Below, piece by piece: positions 1 to 13,480 of a DNA stretch of 64,000 nucleotides. The stretch lies in assembly GCF_009914755.1 (NCBI RefSeq), contig NC_060931.1. The stretch is one strand, 5' to 3'. Within the stretch, counting starts at the first letter, position 1. The number at the start of each line of letters is the position of its first letter. The position numbers and the translations under genes are program-made. The stretch is from the human T2T-CHM13v2.0 reference genome, Homo sapiens. The notes under the pieces were generated by a model. That model was not told where the DNA came from. It did not search any database and saw nothing but the letters and a program-made list of their open reading frames with translations.

Positions 1-28
1 TATGTGTGGAAATACCTCATTCTTTTAA

Positions 29-367
<339 letters not shown>

Positions 368-369
368 TA

Positions 370-1300
370 AGTTGATAGACATTTAGGTTTCTAGTTTTTA
401 TGAAAAATAGGTAGTCAACGTCTTTATTTTTATGTATGTTTCCTGGGCACGTGAGGAAGTATTACTACCCAGAAATAGAATTGCTGGGTATGTGCATTTT
501 TAATTTTAATAGTTCTGCCAGATTGTCTTCTGAAGTAGCTGAGTAATTTATACTTCCACTAGCAGTACAGAGATGTGCCCATTTCCTTAATTAATGCTCC
601 ACATTTTCAAACCTTTTAAATTTTGCAAATGTTATGAGTAAAAAAAATTTGATTTGTATTTCCCTCATTTGTGGTGTGTTTTTGAGCATTTTCCTCTCAT
701 GTTCATTGTATTTGTACTCTGTAAATTGCTGTTAGTATCCTTTGATGATTTGTCATTGGTATTATTTAGAGCTGCTTATTGATTTGTAGGAATTCTCTAT
801 GTATTCTCGATTTGGATCTTTTCTCTATTTGGAAACAATGTAATTTTCCACCTTGTTGCTTTTCTTCTTTTGACCTTGTTTATGGCATCTTTTCCACACA
901 CGCTTTTTCTCCCCTTTGGAAATAGTCGACATTTCAGGCTTTTCCTTGAGGCCTTTTGTTTTCTGTGTCTTGCTTAAGAAGACCTTCACTTCCTCAAGGT
1001 CATAAAATAGTTTCTTATATTTTCTCTTTATGCTTTATAGGTGTTTGGTTTTTTATTCAGATCTTGGATCTTTTGGTTAATGATGTGAGGTAAAAAGTTA
1101 ATTTTCAATCTTTTTCCAAACAGTTACCATTTATCCTGAGAACCATATATTGAATAGTTTATCCTTTCTGTAGAGATCTTTCTTATGCTTATTTTCCAAA
1201 CACCTGGGTCTGTTTCTGAGCTCTTTTTCTGTTCATTGTTTGAACTGTTTCTTTTCCTGCACCAATTAATTACTCTTCTTTAAATAATATGCTTTGTGGT
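370..1300 (-). mobile_element. Old L1 (L1M/L1ME-type) fragments
   Basis: T-rich antisense L1 ORF2/3' phrases (gaattgctggg, tttatacttccactagcagt, gatttgtaggaattctctatgtattct); boundaries approximate. Confidence 0.6.
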
Positions 1301-1356
1301 CTACAAAAAATCTTTTTCATTATAGATTTAGTAAATTCTATCTCTAAAAAATTATT

Positions 1357-1676
<320 letters not shown>

Positions 1677-2731
1677 AAAAAATTATTTTTTTTAATTCCT
1701 GGGAAGTGTGTTATACATGACATTGTTCAACATTTGCCATGTCTAGAAGATCATAGGAAACAGAGCCTCACCTCATGCCCACAGGATGCTGTAAAGATGG
1801 GCCCAGCGACTACAGCCACCTCGGCTCTTGGTGAAGCTTCCCCTGAGATGATTTTCCAAGACAAATATCTCAGACTTGGGGAACTGAATTATTGAGAGAT
1901 ATTGTCTTCTAAGTTTCTAAAAAGGCCAACCTCTGTGGGTGGTGGTTGGGAATTTTCTTGAATGATGTGGACGCTCCCAGCTGTCCGTCAGGCCAGAAGG
2001 GAGAAAGTAGAGCCATGGAAAGTGAAGGCTGGAGGAGAGGGAGACAGCAGACCTGAGACAGGGCATGGAACCCCTGGGCTTCCCAGAGGGGAAGGGACTG
2101 AAGGTCTCCCTGGGTGGTGGGAGAGAAGCAGGTGGACCCTGTGGGCTGGGAGCTGGGCCAGGCAGCGTCTGGAAAGAGGACCTGTCTGGAATGACCAAGG
2201 TGTGACTCTGGAATCCTTCAAATCCAGTACCCAGTTGTAAGGTTTTCTGTGTTGTCATTTCTTTTATTTTACCCAAGTTTTTATTAAATGACCTAGCCTT
2301 CGATAGCTGTGCTATGGGAAACTAAATTATGAGTTGATACTGCTGTAGGAGCCACAACAGGAAGGCTGCAAGTATCCAGCTTCATGCCAGCCCTGTGTGG
2401 TAACAGCACCATTATTCAAGAGAAGATGGCAATGCTGGGAACCTGGCAGGCAGCCAAGTACCAAGTGAGCAGAGGGGGATGCCTGAGCTGTGATGTTGTC
2501 CTTAACACTTTCCCCCAGCCCTACCTTTTAATACCCTGCAAAGGAGGAAATCCTGGAAGTGAGAGACCAGAGTCTGGGTTTTATTTATATGACAGGAAGT
2601 AGAAGCTAGAAACTTTAAGGTCACAGAACACCCATAGTAGAACTTAAAGTCCAGGTCTCCTTTGGTGGGAGGCCAGCTTGCTGTTTCCCAAGAATGATGC
2701 TACGGCCATAAATTTGAATTTCTGTGTAGGC

Positions 2732-2962
2732 CAGTGTTTCTCTACTGTGGGCAGTTTTGCCACCCCCTCGTCCCAGAGGACATTTGGCAATGTCTGGAGA
2801 CATTTTTGGTTGTCATGACTGGGGGGTGAAGGTGCTACTGATATCTAGTGGGTAGAAGCCAAGGATGCTGTTAAACTTCCTACACTGGAATGCACAGGAC
2901 GGCCCCTACCTCAAAGGTTGATCACGTCCAAAATGATAGTGATGAGATCGAGAGAAACCCTG
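2732..2962 (+). mobile_element. MER20 (hAT-Charlie MITE)
   Basis: cagtgtttctc...gagaaaccctg termini, ggacatttggcaatgtctggagacattttt core, 8-bp TSD gtgtaggc/atgtaggc. Confidence 0.9.
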
Positions 2963-5077
2963 ATGTAGGCCAGTTAATTTTAGGTTTTCTTTTTTTTTTT
3001 CTTTTTCATTCCTGGATAATAAATGCCTAACTCTCACCAACTACCTTGCCATCATGGGCTTCTTCGATCAGAAATCTAGTAAGAGAGTATGGTGGGGGCT
3101 GCGAGACCCATCATCACTACCAAAAAACATGAAGTCTTTTCACTTTCAATATGTGAAGACCTAAATTATGTAATTGGATGAATGATATTTGTAGAGTCAA
3201 AGAGAATGTGAGTTCTCCGTCTTATGGGTATAGTTATTATGTAATAATCAAGTAATGTGGTCTTTTATTGTCTTAATCTTTCACAAACCATTGCTTTCCT
3301 ACTCCAATAGGAAGCCTGATCAGATACTAGATAGCTCTTATTATTGCCAATGTATGGATGATGAAACTGAGGCTCAGAGAGGAAGTAAAATAAAGCATGG
3401 CTCCCCCCTACTGGTTTACTATATTCCAAAGTTATTAAACACCTGGCCAGCACTGCTGTGTAGGTTGTACACTGCACAATTGTGTCCCTTCTAAGGAGTC
3501 AGTGTTCAAATCACAGACATCAGAGATTTATTATGATAATTTTTCTGGCAGATGGCAGTAAAGTAGCTTATTCTAACAAAATTGGGAATATAAAGACTAT
3601 TTTCTAACAGATGGAAGTAGTTTTTTGAAGCAGGTGAGCCTTTTCCTGATGCTCACTCAGGTGCTAGATGGACTAGCAGAAAGAATGGCGTCATTGATGT
3701 CCCTTTGTATGTGTTACCAGTTCATCTGGGAATTTTACTTTTTGCTGGAAAAGGAGTCACCCTCCCTTGCCAACCACATGTGTGGTTATACATTGGTATT
3801 GCAGAGTGATGCCATTTACAAGTAATACATTTGAGTTGGCAGATTTCCCAAGGTTTCTTTTGTATATGAGAAACATAGTGCCTTGGGTCATGGAATAAAT
3901 ATAAGAGCCTCGGTATCTAATTTTGGTTGTTCACACTTCAGTTAGGGCTTAAGTCATCCTAAGCTAGGCTTGGAAGAAAGAGACATTGACATTTGTATTA
4001 GTTTAATAAATTTGGCAGCAGGGAGGTGCAAAGAATGTTATTTCAATTATAGATTGACCCATGATTGATTTAGCAACATGCGTTGCTTAGGTTGTAATCG
4101 ATGCCAAGTAATGGCAGGTTCTGGACTCTTAGGAAGGTGGGCACAAATGTTGGGGAATTGATCAATGGATGAGCTCCATATTGGCCTTCTACAGGGAGAA
4201 TAAAAATACAAGTAAAATATTGTAAGATGGGAGTGATAGCATTGCAGATGTTAACACAGCCTGTCCAAGCTTTTATCCTTTGTACCTACGCAGCCATTTT
4301 TTTTAACACATGGGACACTATTCTTCAACAGATTTGTTCTCTTCTAAGTTTGTTCTGAATCTGTAGTGTGTGTCATTTCACGGTGTTTTAAAGAGGAAAA
4401 GGCCTTGCTTCAGTTGAGAAGGCTTTGATTTTTCCACCTACACAAATACCCTGGCATTCAGGGAATCTGGCTAATTTAAAAAATTATCTCTTATAATGCC
4501 TAGTTACTACCCCAGTTCGTGTTGGAGGTGGAGTATACAAAGGAATTACAACCCCCACTTTATAATCGGGATAAGAGAGGTTGACAGACTTACCTTGCCT
4601 GGCCCAGTGCCAAGTGCCACGTGGTATAGACTAAGAATAGTTGCTTCTCACGAGGAGCTTATTTAGTTTGGGGGAGATTGTGTGCAATCAATAATTAGGA
4701 AACAGGATAGCCTGTGAGAAGATGCTGATCTGATGTGCAGGTAAGAAATGTCACAGGAGGCTGAGCAGCACGGATGGCTGTGGTGGGCAGCAAAGTCTCA
4801 GGAGAGAGGAGAAACTTGAGCCCCGCTGTGAAAGGCAGGGAGGATATAAATAGCTGGTGGGCAGAGTGACCCAAGGCTGAAGGATGTGAATAGTGGCCAT
4901 CTTAAGTAAGAGCCTCAGGTCACAGAGATAACAGTTCCCTGTATAAAGACCTTAGTGGAAACCAGGTGAGTCTCAGGAAGTTTGGAATCAAGAAGACTTT
5001 AAAAGAGTTGCACAGTGTTTCCAAGATTAAAATCTGCAATGTGACATAGTATAGCTAATAATACAATGTGTTCTTAG

Positions 5078-5405
<328 letters not shown>

Positions 5406-6335
5406 TTAAGTGTTATATTTCTTTGAGAAATACTTTTTATCAAGAGCAAATCTCTAAAATTAGAGCTCTGTCGATCCAAACAAGCTAATTAGGTGAGAAA
5501 AATGAACTTTTCAAAATCCTTTAACCATCTGGTTGGCATGTTTAAAAACTACAACCAATCATACTGATAAAAGGGTAGTCTCTACATTTGTGGCCTACCC
5601 TTGAACGCTCCAACACTGGGTCGTTTTTGTAGACAGAGTATATAAAATTTTCATTCTAAGTAAGCTGACCAAACAGCTGAGTCTGCCTAGGAAGTCCTGG
5701 ATTATGCTACTTGTCCCAGTAAAATTATTAATAGCTTCCCCTTTCAGAATCAAAAGTGTCCTGGTTTAGATGATAAATTATATGGCTATCCTAATTTTAA
5801 ATGATGCACTTTAGTCTTTTTTGTTTACTCTGTGAGTTGTCAGTGGCCAAAAAAGATGTTTCCAGCTTAAGAGTATTTGCCCACATGTGAATCCTGTCTT
5901 TATGAAATAGTTGTATTTTTTCCCTTGCGCAGAAAGCAATCGTTGCAAAAAACTCAGAAGGAATTGAAAGGCATAAATAAGAGTTATAAGCCTATAAATA
6001 AGTGTTAATATTTTGATATATATATAATGCCACGCATTATCAATAATATATTTATATACCTTTAGATCCCCAGTCTCCAAACCAAGCCACCTTATATATA
6101 TTAAATATCTAGAACTATATGATAACACAGCCAATATAGATCAATATAATCACTTTTTAAATAGTTGCTTTTAGAGACTATAATATTCTAGTGATTGGTT
6201 CTTAAACTATAATATTTTTAACTAATCCCCAGTTTTGGCGTTTAGGTTTTTCTAATATTTCTATATATTATTGACAGTGCTGCAGTAAATGTTGTGTGTA
6301 GCTAAATCTTTTTGCACATCTACGATTATTTCTTT

Positions 6336-6338
6336 CTC

Positions 6339-6370
<32 letters not shown>

Positions 6371-6643
6371 TAGATGGAGTCTTGTTCTGTTGCCCAGGCT
6401 CACTGCAACCTCCGCTTCCTGGGTTCAAGCTGTTCCCCTGCCTCAGCCTCCCAAGTAGCTGGGACTACAAGTGCCTGCCACCACGTCTGGCTAATTTTTT
6501 ATTTTTTATTTTTTTGTAATTTTAGTAGAGACAGGGTTTCACCATGTTGGCCAGGCTAGCCTCTAACTCCTGACCCCAGGTAATCCACCTACCTCAGCCT
6601 CCCAAAGTGCTGGGATTACAGGTTTGAGCCACAGTGCCCAGCC
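6336..6643 (-). mobile_element. AluS with small internal deletion, inserted in an old L1
   Basis: gcccaggct|cactgcaacc lacks about 23 nt between two ggct motifs; TSD ta(c/t)gattatttcttt at 6321-6335 and 6644-6658. Confidence 0.9.
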
Positions 6644-8600
6644 TATGATTATTTCTTTAGGATGCTTTTCTGTAAATGGAATTGCCAAGTCAAAGTGGAT
6701 GCACATTTACAATTTTGAAATTGCCAAACTTTGCCAGGGTGTATGAGAATTCCCATTTCCTCATGGCCTCATAGGTGCTGTATGGATGATTCTTTTTCAT
6801 CTTTCAGTCTGAGGAGAGAATTTCATCTCCAGCTTGTTTCAGTTGTATCTCTGCTTATTGATGATTTGTATTTCATTTTTTTGTAAATTGCCTACCTTTC
6901 TTTTAGAGTGTTCACCTTTCTCTTAATGAATTGTGAAAGCTCTTTATATTTTAAATAAAATACCCCTTTATGTTATAAATTGCAAGATTTTTTCCTGACT
7001 TGCTATTTGTCTTTTAACTTTATTTATGGTAGATTTATGTGTATACAGATAAGGTAGATTTATGTAGATTCAGAAGTCTTTACTTTTTATACAGTTATAT
7101 CTATCAGTCTCTTCCTTTATAGAGTTTTGTACTTTTTAAAAGGACCAGGTTTGCAACAAAATTAACCTGTGAAACTTTTACAGTCTTATCTGATGCTCTA
7201 AAACCCTTGATCTCCTTGTTTCAAACTTTATAGTATGGGCATTGCACATAGGTGAGATAATTTTTGTTTCCATTTCCGTGGTTCATTATATCCTTCAGAA
7301 GGGGTTTAGGCACTTTAGAAATTCACAGATAAGTCACTGCAAGTAAGAACTAGCGATGAGCATTCTTTTCCTCAACCACAAACCACACGTGCCTCTATTT
7401 GTATAATAGAAGGCTATAATGGGAGTCAAAGGGACTAGTTTGTTGAGAATGTTGCTGAATATATCATGTTGTCCCATTGATGTGCTTTATAATTGCACTG
7501 ATGTGTTTTCCAGAAAACTGTGGCACCAACCCAGGATTCTAATACATAGTCAAGAAAATGCTACAGCCTGTTGTAGCTCCCCCAAAGCAAGCAGCTCTCC
7601 ATGGAATGGCGTCCCCAGGCTTCACACCATGGTCAGGAGGGCCTGCCCCACAAGTGCACATCCTGCTCTAGCTAGGACCATTGTGCCTGAGTTTGCATCT
7701 GGGTTCCTATGCTGGTGTGCTGGCTTGAACCACATGTGAATCTCAACCCCTTCTTTGTCTTTGAAGGTAGATACATCAAGAGAACTCCATCATGGGTGGG
7801 GTGTCTTGGGGATGAGCACCAAGGAGTGAATGTTTGGTTTTGATAAGGAATTATGAAAGAGCAATAAATATGCTAACTGTAGAATAACCTGCTCCAACAG
7901 CAGAGAACCAGGTTTCTGATCCAACTCTGGGGTCCAGACCAGGGGCTTGAGAATAGTTTTTATTATGAAATGACCCTGTTAGGGGTTTAATTGGCCTCCT
8001 CCCAAGATGCTGTACTTTTATGTGAAGTGCATCAGGGGTCCCTTCTATTTGGAGAAGATAAACTAATTTCCTTCTGTCTATCCAGTGCCATTTGGTCTCC
8101 CTCTCCCATCCTCCTATTCAGTAGCCAAAGAACTAATTTGGCTACAATACAACCCTCTTCAGAGTGCTGGGGAGAGAGAGAAATCAAATATGAGCAAAGC
8201 CCACACCCTCTGTAGTGGGCAAAGCTCATTTGTAAATAATTTTAGTCTTGTTGCTCATTCAGTAATTCTGTATCCCTCCCAATAGGTATTGGCAGCGTGT
8301 CAGATGGCCACCAGTTATGAAGAGCTTCCCCATTTCCGAAACCCCCTAGCTTCTCAAGGGTCTGTGAACTGGGGAAACCAGTTATGCTAAAGGAGTCATA
8401 GACCCATTCTTTTCTCTTTTTGAGGGCCGGGGTGGGGAATGGTAGAGTGGAACAACATCTTCTATTCATCTACTCATTCAAGAAGCATTTACAGAGCTCT
8501 CCTCTGTGGCAGGCCCTGCCCGAGAGGTGGAAAAGAGAAATCTGGACACATCGTATGTCTCAGTTTTCCAAAGGCATTTCACAAAATGAGTAATAACCTC

Positions 8601-9100
8601 TGTTGGGCTGAATGGTGGCCCCTGAAGATATCAGGTCCTAATACTTGACACCTATGAATGTTACCTTATTTGGTAAAGGCTTTGTAGAGGTGATTAAGTT
8701 AAGGATCTTGAGTTGGAGAGATTATTCTGGATTAGCCAGTTAGGCCCTAAATGCCATTAAATGTATCCTTGTATAAGAAGGAGACAGAGAAATAATGACA
8801 CACACAGAGGAATAGGCGATGTAAAGATGGAGCAGGAAAGGTTTAAAGATGCTAGCGATGGAGATTGGAGTGAGGCAGCTACACACTGAGGAACACCGCA
8901 GCCAGCCGGAACTGGAAGAGGTGGGGAACAGATTCTCCCTGCAGAGCTGCTGGAGGAGTGAGGTCTTTTGGCACCTTGATTTTGGCTCACTGAAACAGGT
9001 ATGGGACTTCTGGCCTCCAGAACTATGAGAGAATAAATTTGTGTTTATTGACTCCTCCAAACTTGAAGAAAATGTGTTATACAGTAGTCCCAGGACCATC
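8601..9100 (+). mobile_element. MLT1 (MaLR) solo LTR, MLT1C/D-like
   Basis: tgttgggctgaatggtggcccc start; gttaaggatcttgag; ttctggcctccagaactatgagagaataaatt. Confidence 0.85.
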
Positions 9101-9199
9101 CTTGCAGGTAAAATGGAGACGTGGGTCTAGAAGACAGTGCAAGTAGGTGTCAAGGTATTTGACCAACTCTGTCTGTTATTCAGTCACATGGGAAATACT

Positions 9200-9570
9200 G
9201 ACTGACTACTCAAATCTACAGTGCTTCAGGCACTGGAGCAGTGGATAAGGCAGACAATATCCCCACTGACACTGGGGTAGGGGGAAGGAGCAGCTAATAA
9301 ATAGGTAAATGAAAAATATGAACAAGGTAACTTTAGCAATTGACAAGTGCCTTAAAGAAAACAAAACAGGATAATGTGGAATGGCGGACGGGGATCCTTT
9401 TAGACTAGGTAGTAGGAAGCCCTTTCTGGTGAGAAAGCCTTGGAGCTGAGTCCTGAAGATCATGAAGGAGCTACCATCTGGAGGGAGAGCATTCCAAGTG
9501 GAATGAGTGGCAAACACAGAGGCTTTGAGATGGGAATGAGCTTCCTGTGTGTGAGAAGCAAACAGAAGGC
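9200..9570 (-). mobile_element. L2 fragment
   Basis: Typical L2 3' region (ggaaggcctttctgg, ggagctaccatctggagggagagcattccaag). Confidence 0.65.
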
Positions 9571-9739
9571 CCAGACCCCTCTAAGTCAACAGGGATATCA
9601 TTGCTCAGGGAGGGCTGTGGGATTCTGTCCTAGGCTCTGCCCTGTACAATTTTCATTTTTTATAATTAAATTGGAAGAAAACGTAATGCATCATAAATGT
9701 GCAGGCAATATAAAGCTTGTAGGATGTGTACTGGGTTAG

Positions 9740-10050
9740 AGTCAGGGGTTGAGTTTCAAAATACCTTGACAGGCATGAACAAAACAATGAACTTCAGCAG
9801 GGACAAACTGTGAAGTCCTGACTTGGGTCTGAGAACAAGTATTTGCCTAAGTCAAGAATGGGAACCTGATTTGAGTGCGGTACTGGTGTGAAGTCCCTGA
9901 AGCTGAGTGTCAGCACGTAGCATGATGTGACTGCCATAAAAAAGTCAAGCACTTTTACAACTTTTTTAAACTGTGGGGTACAACTCCAGGGAGGAAGTAG
10001 CCAGGGGTCTGTTTGTGGAGGACTGAGTGGGTATCACATTTTATGGGGTC
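9740..10050 (+). mobile_element. CR1/L3 fragment
   Basis: tttcaaaataccttgacagg...cagcagggacaaactgtgaagtcctgacttgggt...gtgactgccataaaa. Confidence 0.55.
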
Positions 10051-10713
10051 ACAGAAACAGCTCATTATTTGTTTATTCATTCAATTAATAAATGCTTAAT
10101 GAGCACATATTATGTGCCTGGCACTGACTAGGCTTTAGGGTAAATAACAGTGAATAGGATGGAAACATTTGATGACTTCATAGAGCTGACATTCTAGGGA
10201 GAAGATAGACATGGCAGATTTAATTATACACATATCTTTTTCACTGTATTAGATTTTTTCAGATTATAAAATTATAGTAATAAAATAGCAATATCAAATA
10301 TTACTGAAATACATAACATAGGAAAAAATATGCCCTGTCAATTCATCCTCCCTCCCCAGACGTAGCCACTGTCAACCAGTTTGTGCACGTTTTTGTAACT
10401 TTTAAAAATATACATGCAATGTATTTCTAAAGCATAAAAGGGGAATCATACACGTCTGAATTTTGTTTTTTAGCTTCATATATCTGGGATATCCTCTCAC
10501 ATGAACACAAGGAAATCTACCTCATTCTTTTTAATGTCTGAATAATATTTCATGCTATGGATGTATTATAGTTTATTTGACTAATATCTTGTTGAAATGC
10601 ATACCGTTTCCATTTTCACTATTATAAGGATTTGCAAACAATTGTTCTACATACCTTTTTATATAGCCTGTGGTCATATTTCTAAAGCACAGATTCAGAG
10701 AAGTGGGAATACT

Positions 10714-11030
10714 GGCTGGGCGTGGTGGCTCACGCTGGCTCACTGTGACATCTGTAATCCCAGCACTTCGGGAGGGTGAGATGGGCGGATCACCTGAGAT
10801 CAGGAGTTTGAGACCAGCCTAGCCAACAGAGCAAAACCCCGTCTCTACTAAAAGTATAAAAATCAGCTGGGCGGGTGGTGTGTACCTGTAATCCCAGCTA
10901 CTCAGGAGGCAGAGGCAGGAGAATTGCTTGGACTTAGGAGGTGGAGGTTGCGGTGGGCCGAGATCAAGCCACTGCACTCCAGCCTGGGCCACAGAGCGAG
11001 ACTCTGTCTTGCAAAAAAAAGGAAAAAAAA
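10714..11030 (+). mobile_element. AluS with 5' internal duplication
   Basis: ggctcacgctggctcactgtgacatctgtaatccc; TSD agaagtgg(g/a)aatact at 10699-10713 and 11031-11045. Confidence 0.9.
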
Positions 11031-11099
11031 AGAAGTGGAAATACTGTATCAAAAGGTATGGAAAATTTAAATGATAGATACCACGTTTCTTACCATTCA

Positions 11100-11650
11100 G
11101 GATGTACCTCAGTGAGAGTGCAGATGAGATCACATGTTTTCTTGCAGCCTCAACATTCCAGGCAGTGTAGACAGTGCAAAGGTCCTGTGGTAGAGGGAAC
11201 CTGGTGTATCAGCAGGACTGAACAGATTCCCTAGGGGCAGAGAGCAGAGAGCCAGGTGGGGAGTGAAGAGGGAGGCATGGGCCAGACCTTGCAGGGCCTT
11301 GCGATTCATCTTGAGGGTTTTGGTCCTTATCCCAAGAGAAAGGAGAAGCCAAAGGGAATTTCATGCAAGCTGACATGATGAGATAGGCATTTTGAACAGG
11401 TACCTCTGGCTGCTGTACAGGCAATGGACTGGGAAGATGGAAAAGTAGATGTGAAGAGCACCTGGGGTAGCTATTTTGGGAGTCCAGGTGAGAGATGATG
11501 GTAGCCTGGACTCGGGTGGAGGCTGGCCATGGAGAGGAGTGGCTACATTTAACCGTTTTTTAGGCCACAGAACTGATGGAAGCTGATGCCTAAGTGGGCT
11601 TAGGTGGGGACTGAGGAAGAAGGCAGTGTCCTGGAAGAAAGATGGAATGG
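11100..11650 (-). mobile_element. L2 fragment
   Basis: gggccagaccttgcagggccttg, gtccaggtgagagatgatggtagcctggact. Confidence 0.7.
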
Positions 11651-12309
11651 GAGTTATCATTGGGATGATGAGATGTCAAAGGAGCAGGTGATGATTGGCC
11701 AAAAAAGTGAAGATCCAGAGGAGATACCTGCTTTAGAGAGCAGCCTTTGCACCCTTGTCTCTCATGCCCGCAGCTCTATCAAAGGCAGGCTGACCATGGG
11801 ATTCTGCCACCCTGGCCACAGCTGATTGGAGTGGGAAAGTACCTGAGCCGTGGCCATAACGTGGTCTGGAGTGAAAGCCTGCCCATGAAGGGGCAGTGCC
11901 AAATGGAGCTGATGAGATGTCCTTCATGGAGTTTGAAGGAGAACCCAAGTGAGTGGCAATGTTTGGAGCTGGGGAGTCAGAAGAAAGGCCACACAAGGAG
12001 AGGGCAGGAAATGGAAGTCGTAAGTTAAAGTCACAAGGAAACAAGGAGAGAAGAGAGAAGCAGGTGCAGGAGAAGGGGCTGAAGACCCATATAGCGCTAG
12101 AGAGGGATGGATGACCTCTGTTCCCAGTATGGCTGAATGCTTAAGAGCCAGTCTTTCAAGCTGAGCAGATCTGAGTTTGATTTCCCACCTCTTGTGCTAA
12201 CTAGCTCAGTGACCTTGAACAAGCCACCCAACTTCTCTAAGATTGTTCTGTTCATAGACATTAAAGTATTTATTTCTCGGAGTTGTTGTGAGCTTTAAAG
12301 AGATGTGCG

Positions 12310-13480
12310 TGAATACCAAAGAAGATATTCACAACACAAAACCACCAGAGAACTGGTCTCCAGACTTTTTTAAAAAAACAAAAGTCTCTTACAAATCAGT
12401 AAGAAAAAGGCAGGCAGCCCAGTAGATAAACAGGCAAAATACTTGAACAGACACTTAACAAAAGAGGATAGTAAAATGGTCAAAAAAAATGAAAAGATGA
12501 TCAACATCATTAATAAAGAGAAACACAGTGAGATTCCATATGCAACAATGTGGACGAATCCTATGAACACAACGTTGAGCTAAAGAAGCAAGATAGAGAT
12601 GAATGCATAAAGTGATTCAATGTATTTAAAGTTTAAAAGAACCAGGCATTAAAACTCCAATTAAATATTTTATACTCTCATCAGAGAGGCATATGTGAAA
12701 AATCGGATGATACCAACTGTCGGTGAGGATACAGTACAACAGGAAATCTGTATGCTGCTGATGGAATGTAGGTTAGTATAACCATTTTGGAAAACACCTT
12801 GGCATTATCGAATAAAACTAAAAACATGCATGGTACACAACCCAGTAATTTTGTTCTTGGGTGTATGTATATAAGAGGAACTTTTCATATATACCACGTA
12901 TACATATACATATATGTGTATGTATGTGTATATACATATACACACATACAAGCATGTCCATAATTTTATTGCTATCATGGCCTCAGAAACAGTGCAAATA
13001 CCCATCAACTGTAGAATGAGTAAGTAGATTGTGATATATTCACATAATGGAGTACTATACGGCACTGAGAGGGAATTAACTATGCTATAGAGAACAATAT
13101 GAATGAATCTTATAAACACGATGTTGAACAAAAGAAATAATATGTATTATTTTACTTTAGAATTCAAAAATAAGCAAAACTAAACTATAAATTATATAAT
13201 ATAGTTATATATTGATATTATATAGCATAGACTGTTGAGGAAACTATAAAAAAAAGTAAGGAAACAATGATCACAAACATCAGAGTAGTGGTTACATCTA
13301 GGAAGGGAGGGGCCCTGGGGCCTGAAGGGAGTGCTCAGAGTGAGAGGACTCTGCAGTGCTTGAGCATTTTCTGTTTCTTGACAGACCAGGTAGTTACACA
13401 AGTGTTTGCTTTGTGATTGTTCATTATACTGTATATTTGTTTTGAACACTCTAAGAGTATTTTATTCCACAATTTAAGCA
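12310..13480 (+). mobile_element. Old L1 (L1ME-type) 3' fragments
   Basis: A-rich sense L1 (caaaatacttgaacagacactt, accattttggaaaac, atgaatgaatcttataaac). Confidence 0.7.

Noticed and set aside
3054-3164. Small ORF MGFFDQKSSKRVWWGLRDPSSLPKNMKSFHFQYVKT with a fair Kozak context
   Set aside because: No recognisable homology or exon structure; expected by chance
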